Part shown: piece by piece, positions 7,995 through 13,888 of the stretch
Position numbering within the stretch: the first letter of the stretch is position 1
Layout: each line of letters opens with the position of its first letter
DNA from: a virus
IMG/VR virus record: IMGVR_UViG_3300048574_000092
Coordinates: 1-42,603 of that record
Strand: one strand, 5' to 3'
DNA length: 42,603 nt
The notes under the pieces: generated by a model
The model's input: the letters and a program-made list of their open reading frames with translations, nothing else
Told to the model about the DNA's origin: nothing
The model's database searches: none
Made by a program: the position numbers and the translations under genes

Positions 7995-8851
7995 TCGGCG
8001 GCCTCAAGATGGTCCATTGCTTCGAAGGCTTTCTTCAACTCAAGCGCGCCCGACTTGTCCTTTGCCCAATATTCCTGGAGTGCCGCCGTGTTCCGGTTAT
8101 GGAACATGCGCACAGTCATCGGGGCATCGCGGTTGTCTCGGATGAAGGCGAGCACCTTATCTCCGAACGTGCCGACCGGTTCGCGCGCGAGGGCTAGGCC
8201 GTCGCACCAGTCGACAGTCAGCGCATTCGCGCCGCCGATTGCTTCAAAGCGCTTGGCGGTTGCCGCCTCGTCAGCGAGTTCTGTTGCTGTTAGTTCGATC
8301 GTGCGGCGATCAACTTCTTCTTCAACTTCGACACCAGCGAAGTCATCCGGCCAAGCCTTGCGCAAAGCGTTCGCTTCGGCGCACTTCGCCAGCATGATCC
8401 GGGGCATCTTTACCCAGCCGGTTTTTTTGCTGTCGATCGCGCCGTCACGCAGGGGGACGTATTCATCCCACCAGGCTTCCCCGGTGACGGGAAACCATTC
8501 GCCGTGGCTGTATTTGTATACGGTCACTTCGCAGCGGGTGATGCCGAGCGGGTTAGTCTTGGCGTCTTTCTCGCCGTACTCGTAGCGGGGCGCGCGATCA
8601 TCGGGGCGGTAGGCGCCCGTCCGTTCGGAAATGGCACGGTAGCCGCCGATGGCTGTAACGACCGTCATCTGCCGCCACTGCGGTTTGTCCTTGTTGAACA
8701 CGAAGCAGTAAATCTGGCGGCGCAGCGGGTCGAGATTAACGCCCCGGCAAATGTGAACGAATTGCTCGAACTCTGCGTTATCGCAATCCTTTGCGACCGT
8801 CTTGCGGATCAGGTCGAGTTGGCGACCTTCAAAGAGCGTCATTGAGCCCAT
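7991..8851 (-). CDS. recT: RecT-family single-strand annealing protein
   Basis: LIRKTVAKDCDNAEFEQFVHICRGVNLDPLRRQIY...VVTAIGGYRAISERTG...MLAKCAEANALRKAWP matches the RecT/Bet pattern. The start was chosen at MGSMTLF so that it abuts the upstream stop. Confidence 0.8.
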   Translation of the reverse strand: MGSMTLFEGRQLDLIRKTVAKDCDNAEFEQFVHICRGVNLDPLRRQIYCFVFNKDKPQWRQMTVVTAIGGYRAISERTGAYRPDDRAPRYEYGEKDAKTNPLGITRCEVTVYKYSHGEWFPVTGEAWWDEYVPLRDGAIDSKKTGWVKMPRIMLAKCAEANALRKAWPDDFAGVEVEEEVDRRTIELTATELADEAATAKRFEAIGGANALTVDWCDGLALAREPVGTFGDKVLAFIRDNRDAPMTVRMFHNRNTAALQEYWAKDKSGALELKKAFEAMDHLEAAE

Positions 8852-8852
8852 G

Positions 8853-9362
8853 TCACTTGCTCCGGATTGAAATCGTTTCACCGCCGTTGCTCAGCGTTGC
8901 ACCTGGCACAGACTCTTCCGATTTCAGAGCTTCGAGAACGGCCTTGCGGTCGAGCTTCGGATCGGACGGCTTCCAGAACTTCGACGGGATCATGCTCTCG
9001 TCGATGATCTCCGCTTTCGGCGGCACGGCACGAACACCGAGAGTAGCTTGCGGGAGTTCAAGTTTGCGCAGCTCTGCCTGCCCCAAAGCGACATGGATCG
9101 CTGCTTTGATGCGATCAGACTGATGCGCGAAACGCTCTTTGCGTTCGTTCAGGGATTTGACCTGCGCCGCTATAGCCTCTTCGTGCGCATCAAGTTCAAG
9201 GATGCGGTCAACCGCTGCGGAGATGGCTTCCTTTAGGCTCGTCTCGCCCTCGATCGCCGTTTCAATCATCTCTGCGTCGTCTTCGACAACGTCTTTGATG
9301 TTAAGAAGAAGCGCCTTGGCGGCTTCGCCCTGGATGTGGAGTTCTCGTGATATGTTCGTCAT
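8853..9362 (-). CDS. Siphovirus Gp157-family protein
   Basis: An N-terminal coiled coil is followed by ..VRAVPPKAEIIDESMIPSKFWKPSDPKLDRKAVLEALKSEESVPGATL.., typical of this family, which often sits next to recT. Confidence 0.65.
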   Translation of the reverse strand: MTNISRELHIQGEAAKALLLNIKDVVEDDAEMIETAIEGETSLKEAISAAVDRILELDAHEEAIAAQVKSLNERKERFAHQSDRIKAAIHVALGQAELRKLELPQATLGVRAVPPKAEIIDESMIPSKFWKPSDPKLDRKAVLEALKSEESVPGATLSNGGETISIRSK

Positions 9363-9520
9363 CCCAAGTTCCTCCCTGCCGACGTTTGACGATTGATGTT
9401 CGTAAGCCGCTGAACGACGACGGTGGCTTCAGCGGACTTCAACTCCGTGAACATGCGCTCGATCTCACGGCGTAGTTCGAAGTTGGATTGAATGTTCTTG
9501 GCGTATTCAGTCAGTGCCAT
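9359..9520 (-). CDS. 53-aa hypothetical protein (below the ORF-track cutoff)
   Basis: Hand translation gives MALTEYAKNIQSNFELRREIERMFTELKSAEATVVVQRLTNINRQTSAGRNLG. Its stop overlaps the Gp157 ATG. Confidence 0.45.
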   Translation of the reverse strand: MALTEYAKNIQSNFELRREIERMFTELKSAEATVVVQRLTNINRQTSAGRNLG

Positions 9521-9767
9521 TGGAAGCTCCATTCTTGATAAGCGCGCAAAGTCGGGCGGCTGCGAAAGAATCGAAGGCGCGCCTAAGGCGCCGACGCTGA
9601 AAGAAATTGAACTTCAACTCGATCGGTTCGCTGATCTGTCTGCAGTCGAACACACGGATGTTGGTGAGACGATCGATTAGACTGTATGTCGTAACCCCAA
9701 ATGTTTCTGGCCGATCGTGCAAAGCCTTGATCAAAGCATCAACGATTTCGTCGGTGTTCTTAGCCAT
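9507..9767 (-). CDS. Hypothetical protein, 86 aa
   Basis: ORF in the operon. Confidence 0.55.
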   Translation of the reverse strand: MAKNTDEIVDALIKALHDRPETFGVTTYSLIDRLTNIRVFDCRQISEPIELKFNFFQRRRLRRAFDSFAAARLCALIKNGASNGTD

Positions 9768-10164
9768 TGGCGGCCTCTTTCAGGTCTTTGTTGCGAACGA
9801 GTTCGTCGAGGCTTTTCACTCCGTTGAACACGCCTAGATCGACTAGCTGACGGATTGTGCGATACTGCGCCACGCTCCGATCTTGTTCTGCCTTCGCCAG
9901 GGCAACTTCAGCCTTGGTAATCTCTGCTTCGAACTCGGTTTTGAGAGTTTCGAGGTAAGCTTCAGCTTCCGCCTTCGCATCTTGGTAAGCCTTCTTCAGG
10001 CGGTCACACTGGCATTCGAGATCAACGACAGTTGGCGTTGCATCGAGTGCGGCGCGCGCAAGGCTGTCGAGAGAATGCAGCGGACGGATATTGCTTGTCG
10101 GCTGCGTCTTGGATGCGCGTTCGAGCAGTTCTCGAAACGATGACTTTGCGAACGATTGCAGCAT
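9760..10164 (-). CDS. Hypothetical coiled-coil protein, 134 aa
   Basis: ORF in the operon. Confidence 0.6.
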   Translation of the reverse strand: MLQSFAKSSFRELLERASKTQPTSNIRPLHSLDSLARAALDATPTVVDLECQCDRLKKAYQDAKAEAEAYLETLKTEFEAEITKAEVALAKAEQDRSVAQYRTIRQLVDLGVFNGVKSLDELVRNKDLKEAANG

Positions 10165-10266
10165 CTAAAATCCCCCTGACACAAGAACGATAATCAGCGC
10201 TAGAAACCCAAATCCACTCGCGACGATTGCGAGGCCAAGAGCCTCAAGAAAGCGGCGGTCGATCAT
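10165..10266 (-). CDS. 33-aa hydrophobic peptide
   Basis: Hand translation gives MIDRRFLEALGLAIVASGFGFLALIIVLVSGGF. Its stop directly abuts the next ATG. Confidence 0.4.
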   Translation of the reverse strand: MIDRRFLEALGLAIVASGFGFLALIIVLVSGGF

Positions 10267-10267
10267 T

Positions 10268-10354
10268 TTATCCTGAGTAGTAGAGGGCCATTCCCATGAC
10301 ACCGATGGCCCAGAGCACGAGCAGTGTTATTCCGAGATCGAACTTTGAAAGCAT
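10268..10354 (-). CDS. 28-aa hydrophobic peptide
   Basis: Hand translation gives MLSKFDLGITLLVLWAIGVMGMALYYSG. Confidence 0.4.
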   Translation of the reverse strand: MLSKFDLGITLLVLWAIGVMGMALYYSG

Positions 10355-10373
10355 GACAGACTCCACATTGAAC

Positions 10374-10490
10374 TCAGCGACGGTTGATGAAGATCGCGAC
10401 AGCCCAACAGAACGCCATTGTGTGAGCGACCGTGGTGAGGATCGAGAAGCCAGGGTTCTGCCGGACGAATTCGAGGAAGTGTTCGAGCAT
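10374..10490 (-). CDS. 38-aa hydrophobic peptide
   Basis: Hand translation gives MLEHFLEFVRQNPGFSILTTVAHTMAFCWAVAIFINRR. It shows ATGA overlap with the upstream stop. Confidence 0.4.
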   Translation of the reverse strand: MLEHFLEFVRQNPGFSILTTVAHTMAFCWAVAIFINRR

Positions 10491-10900
10491 CACGCTCCCT
10501 GACAAATCAGACGGAGGTCTTCGCGGATTGCTTCAAAGCCATCGGCAATTGACGGAGAATTCTCGAACGATTGCTCAGCAATCGAAACGCTCCAGTCGTT
10601 CAGCTTGTCGGTGATCTCAGGCTCACAACCGGTTTCAATTGCCGTGGCAAGCTCCCGGGCGAGGTAGCTCTCGAAAACAAATGGGATGTGGTGACGAAGC
10701 GGAACTTTGAGATAGCGCGTGATCTTCTTTGGCATGCCGAGCGGCGCTGCCCGGTCTGTGACGTAAGCGTCGAGATAGAGCCCGACGACGGCACCGTCCT
10801 GATTGATGGACGCTGTGCCGGAGAACATTCCGACTTCGGCGCCGGCGATCTGAACGCCGACTTCCTCAAAGTCGAAATCGATAATTCCAGTGTCGCGCAT
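10490..10900 (-). CDS. Hypothetical protein, 136 aa; first gene of the leftward early operon
   Basis: ORF with good coding character, followed upstream by ~220 nt of non-coding leader. Confidence 0.65.
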   Translation of the reverse strand: MRDTGIIDFDFEEVGVQIAGAEVGMFSGTASINQDGAVVGLYLDAYVTDRAAPLGMPKKITRYLKVPLRHHIPFVFESYLARELATAIETGCEPEITDKLNDWSVSIAEQSFENSPSIADGFEAIREDLRLICQGA

Positions 10901-11127
10901 TTTGTAATCCCCCTAAGTGCCGGGCGAGACAGAGGACAGTGTCCCTCTCATCCACTGGCTCACCCGGCTTCGATGCTCATGCCGCCCCCGCTTGGATACG
11001 CACGGCACGAGATTGGAAATCTGCGGACCGCTGCCCCAGTGGCGGTTTGCTAAGACGGTGGGAACACCCCAGGGCAGCGGTATCGACGATGGAGACGGGA
11101 TGGTCTGTCGCTCGTTGATGACGATGA

Positions 11128-11156
11128 AGTTAATTCATGATCCATGAACTCGTCAA
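11128..11156 (-). promoter_or_regulatory. Candidate leftward early promoter (PL-like): TTGACG-N17-TTAACT
   Basis: Read on the minus strand, the -35 is at 11151..11156 and the -10 at 11128..11133. The whole spacer is occupied by operator OL1. Confidence 0.55.
11134..11148. promoter_or_regulatory. Operator OL1: TTCATGATCCATGAA
   Basis: 15-bp inverted repeat TTCATG-N3-CATGAA, one of three related copies. Confidence 0.6.
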
Positions 11157-11165
11157 TTGCAAAAA

Positions 11166-11180
11166 TTCACAGTCCATGAA
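11166..11180. promoter_or_regulatory. Operator OL2: TTCACAGTCCATGAA
   Basis: Matches OL1 at 12 of 15 positions. It sits 9 bp upstream of the PL -35 and at the centre of a longer inverted repeat (AAAAATTCA 11161..11169 / TGAATTTTT 11177..11185). Confidence 0.55.
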
Positions 11181-11248
11181 TTTTTTATGTGGACGATGTT
11201 GCAGAAAAGCTGTTCGTTCGCCGCGCGCACCGAGGGGGAGGGAACGTG

Positions 11249-11677
11249 ATGAAATATTGGCCGGCTCTTGCTATCGTTGCTTCATTACTGAGCAGCGGAT
11301 CTCACGCGGGCGAAGCCTCGCTAGAGCAAAAGATGAACCTTCAAGAGCGATGTTCGAAGCAGGCCAGGCTGGAGTTTTCGCAATCTGGCTATGACGAGCT
11401 TAAAAAGCTCGACAGCTATTCAAGCCACTACAATGCGAAAATGGAACGCTGTCTAATTAGGATCGATAGCCGAAACGGAGTGTCCATTGTCGCAATTGTA
11501 GAGGACGCCTTTGAGCGGAGAGTTTTCGCTAGCTATTTCTGGACAAATCCAACGGGCAAAAAATATTGGGAGGTCAAGCCGTCAACGTGCGAGTTCTACC
11601 CATTGGGTCAACCCAAGCAGGTATGCGATAGCATCGAAGAATTCGACGCCTTCTCGGAAACACTAATGAACAACTAG
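11249..11677 (+). CDS. Secreted protein (signal peptide, 4 Cys), moron
   Basis: MKYWPALAIVASLLSSGSHA is a signal-peptide-like N-terminus. GGAGGG precedes ATG 11249. The stretch is visibly AT-richer than its surroundings. Confidence 0.7.
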   Translation: MKYWPALAIVASLLSSGSHAGEASLEQKMNLQERCSKQARLEFSQSGYDELKKLDSYSSHYNAKMERCLIRIDSRNGVSIVAIVEDAFERRVFASYFWTNPTGKKYWEVKPSTCEFYPLGQPKQVCDSIEEFDAFSETLMNN

Positions 11678-11693
11678 TACGGTCGGGGTGGGG

Positions 11694-12041
11694 ATGAACA
11701 AGTATCACGTCGCAGCCATCGGACTGGCGCTGGTCTGGCGCACTTCTCCGGTTTTGTCCGTGGAGGGCCAAGTATGGGTTTCCGGCCCGCAACCGAGTAG
11801 TTGCGGGAGCTTCTTACAGGCAGGCGGAGAACACGATCAAGCTTGGAGGTTATGGATTCTTGGGTTTTGGAGCGGAATGAACTGGGAGGCTGCAAATCGC
11901 CAAAAGGGAACAACGGGTTCATCTACCGATAGGGACGGTATCGTCTTATCCGTGAAAAAACACTGCCAAGATGATCCAGCGCTCTCAGTTCCTTTTGTCA
12001 TTTCTAAGCTGCACGAGCAGTTTGAGCGGGACTCCCGATAA
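11694..12041 (+). CDS. Small secreted protein (2 Cys), moron
   Basis: MNKYHVAAIGLALVWRTSPVLS is a signal-like N-terminus, followed by ..CGSFLQ...WILGFWSGMNW...KKHCQDDP... GTG 11688 is an alternative start. Confidence 0.6.
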   Translation: MNKYHVAAIGLALVWRTSPVLSVEGQVWVSGPQPSSCGSFLQAGGEHDQAWRLWILGFWSGMNWEAANRQKGTTGSSTDRDGIVLSVKKHCQDDPALSVPFVISKLHEQFERDSR

Positions 12042-12064
12042 GACCCGCGAGCGAAAGTTATCTT

Positions 12065-12439
12065 CTAACGATGTGCTGATTTTTTTCTCACGTTGTGCGC
12101 AGCGATAAGTGCTTCGCGGTCGCTTTTGTCAAGGCCTGCCACGTCGCCTCTATAGATCCAATCCAGCGTGAGCGTGTGTGCGTCGCACAACGCATTTGCA
12201 GCATCCAGACTTATTTGGTTCGTCCCACTTTTCCATTGGCTATACGTATTGTCTTTGATGCCGGCCTTCGCGGCAAAATTCTTTTGTGTCCCGCCCTTAA
12301 CGGCACGAGTTAACTCTAGGCGGTAAGCAATTCCCGCTTCGCCTCTATTTGTGAACAAATCATCAGTCACAGGTCCGATAAATTCGTCGGACGCTGTTGC
12401 CGCTGCTCTCGCCGAAGTCTTCGCGTCGCCCTTTTTCAT
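12065..12439 (-). CDS. XRE/CI-type HTH repressor (no S24 peptidase domain)
   Basis: TQKNFAAKAGIKDNTYSQWKSGTNQISLDAANALCDAHTLTLDWIYRGD is an HTH_XRE pattern. The gene diverges from a Cro-like gene. The first ATG (MKKGD) was chosen because the longer GTG-started ORF would run into the operator. Confidence 0.8.
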   Translation of the reverse strand: MKKGDAKTSARAAATASDEFIGPVTDDLFTNRGEAGIAYRLELTRAVKGGTQKNFAAKAGIKDNTYSQWKSGTNQISLDAANALCDAHTLTLDWIYRGDVAGLDKSDREALIAAHNVRKKSAHR

Positions 12440-12500
12440 CCGATCGAAATAGCTGCTTCGGGGGCCATGGGGAACCTGTGAACGAAGCAGCAGTAGTGGA

Positions 12501-12530
12501 TTGACAAACTTCACGGGTCATGAAACTTAT
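12501..12530 (+). promoter_or_regulatory. Candidate rightward early promoter (PR-like): TTGACA-N18-ACTTAT
   Basis: The -35 is at 12501..12506 and the -10 at about 12525..12530. Operator OR1 fills the spacer. The -10 ends 8 nt before ATG 12538, so the mRNA may be leaderless. Confidence 0.5.
12510..12524. promoter_or_regulatory. Operator OR1: TTCACGGGTCATGAA
   Basis: Matches OL2 at 12 of 15 positions and has the same TTCA-N7-TGAA symmetry. Confidence 0.55.
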
Positions 12531-12537
12531 TCTTCCC

Positions 12538-12816
12538 ATGATTTCATGCAGCATCAAGACAGTGCGCGATCTTGTGGCCCGGTTTGGCGGCACGGGAAAA
12601 TTTGCGGAGTTTCTTAGTGTTGTTCCGAGCGCGGTGAGCAACATGCTTTCTCAGAACCGCATTCCACCGGGCTACCACCTCGAAATTTATTTGGAATGCG
12701 AACGCCGCGACTGGTCCATCGACCGCGTCACCCTGTTTGGTTTGGAGCAGGATCAGCGACCGCTCCGAAGAAAAAATCAGAAGCAACCTTCCAAGCGTGA
12801 AGCGAGGGTCGCATGA
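12538..12816 (+). CDS. Cro-like HTH regulator
   Basis: KTVRDLVARFGGTGKFAEFLSVVPSAVSNMLSQNRIP is a Cro/YdaS-like HTH. The gene diverges from the repressor. ATG 12520 lies inside the operator, so ATG 12538 is preferred. Confidence 0.7.
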   Translation: MISCSIKTVRDLVARFGGTGKFAEFLSVVPSAVSNMLSQNRIPPGYHLEIYLECERRDWSIDRVTLFGLEQDQRPLRRKNQKQPSKREARVA

Positions 12817-13208
12817 CGGACAAGTTCTACGAATGGGCCTCCGACACGCGCGCCAGGTTGGACCGAGCTTTGGCTGACATGCCGTCAGTTCACGGACTCC
12901 GAACCTTTCGCCACGGGGATGCGACTTATGTTGTCGTTGAGGACGCCTCTCACGACTTCAGCACATTTCCGGGAAAGCAGCAGTCGGCTGACGACGACGA
13001 GATTGGCTTCGCTATCAATCCCCGATTTGAAATCTCTTGGACGAGCGACCGCGAGCGTTATGCGGACAACGCCGCCCTCGATGTCAAAACCGACGACGGC
13101 ATCGGCGAAAATTTCTCGGACGTTGTTCGGGTCTTCAATCGTTACGCCCGCGGTCTTCTCATCAGATTTCGAAGTCATTTCAGGTCCCTCCTCCTGTTGA
13201 GGCCCTGA
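12813..13208 (+). CDS. Hypothetical acidic protein, 131 aa (one of two mutually antisense candidate genes)
   Basis: It shows ATGA coupling to the cro stop, is preceded by GAGGG, and lies on the operon strand. The C-terminus (RFRSHFRSLLLLRP) looks non-coding. It conflicts with 12885..13178 (-). Confidence 0.45.
   Translation: MTDKFYEWASDTRARLDRALADMPSVHGLRTFRHGDATYVVVEDASHDFSTFPGKQQSADDDEIGFAINPRFEISWTSDRERYADNAALDVKTDDGIGENFSDVVRVFNRYARGLLIRFRSHFRSLLLLRP
12885..13178 (-). CDS. DUF3467-like small protein, 97 aa (antisense to the ORF above)
   Basis: A strong SD (GGAGGAGGG) lies 8 nt upstream of ATG 13178. EIFADAVVGFDIEGGVVRITLAV...LVVVSRLLLSRKCAEVVRGVLNDNI resembles the DUF3467 pattern as I recall it. 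Codon-position composition does not discriminate between the two strands. Confidence 0.5.
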   Translation of the reverse strand: MTSKSDEKTAGVTIEDPNNVREIFADAVVGFDIEGGVVRITLAVARPRDFKSGIDSEANLVVVSRLLLSRKCAEVVRGVLNDNISRIPVAKGSESVN

Positions 13209-13529
13209 GCCTACCACGAGTTTCCAGTCAGTCGCGTTCTGTTGCGTACTCCGGCGCTGAACCGCCGGCGGCTTGCGTGTTTGCTACGGTGATCGGTTCC
13301 GAAAGGGCCGTAGGCGGTTACCCTTTACGCCTTGAGCACCTAACGCATCCCCCACGCGCGAGCCGCCCGCCGTTCTGCGTAGGTCCATCTCCTGTGGACG
13401 ATTCCGACGTTTGTTTTCGCGGTCTGAGAGCATGGCGCCATGGCTTGGCGCGTGCTTCGTACGGCTCTCAGGGTAACGGCACCGGGCCGCCGCGGAAACC
13501 TCGAACCAGCAAGCAGAAGGAAGAAACAG

Positions 13530-13829
13530 ATGCTCACCGTAAAACACATCGACGAGTCTTCGTTCGAAAATGTGTTCCTCGCAACGCAGGTCAGCACCCG
13601 CGGCAGGGAATACCCCGCGCAAATCGTAAAAGATCAGCCCATCCTCGATTACCCAAATTTCATCGTCGATTGCGTGCGCAATCAAACGGATGTCGTGACG
13701 TTCAGGGACGGCCAAATCTACGTGATGAACGAGAATGGTAAGACGGTCGCTAGCTACGATCTACGACCCTTTCGCGGTGTGAAAGCTGATACCGCATCGA
13801 TAGCGGCATTCCTCTCTGAAAAACAATAG
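13530..13829 (+). CDS. Hypothetical protein, 99 aa
   Basis: Start at MLTVKHIDESS, preceded by GAAGGAAG. The upstream part of the 13440 ORF is R-rich. Confidence 0.6.
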   Translation: MLTVKHIDESSFENVFLATQVSTRGREYPAQIVKDQPILDYPNFIVDCVRNQTDVVTFRDGQIYVMNENGKTVASYDLRPFRGVKADTASIAAFLSEKQ

Positions 13830-13859
13830 AGCTGGCTCCGGGGGATTGGAGCCAGCTCT
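13828..13859 (+). terminator. Perfect 12-bp stem hairpin (AGAGCTGGCTCC-gggggatt-GGAGCCAGCTCT) overlapping the stop codon
   Basis: The inverted repeat is read directly. The downstream T-run (gttttggggg) starts only 11 nt after the stem, so this is an atypical intrinsic terminator. Confidence 0.5.
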
Positions 13860-13888
13860 GACGCTAAAGTTTTGGGGGTACAAAACCG

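Noticed and set aside
12440-12514. N-terminal extension of the repressor (GTG 12514; MKFVNPLLLLRSQVPHGPRSSYFDR)
   Set aside because: The extension would start within the PR -35/operator DNA and reads as low-quality sequence. The first ATG (12439) gives a normal-sized XRE protein.
12520-12537. ATG 12520 as the cro start (98-aa version)
   Set aside because: That ATG lies inside operator OR1 and between the -35 and -10 of the candidate PR promoter. ATG 12538 is downstream of the -10.
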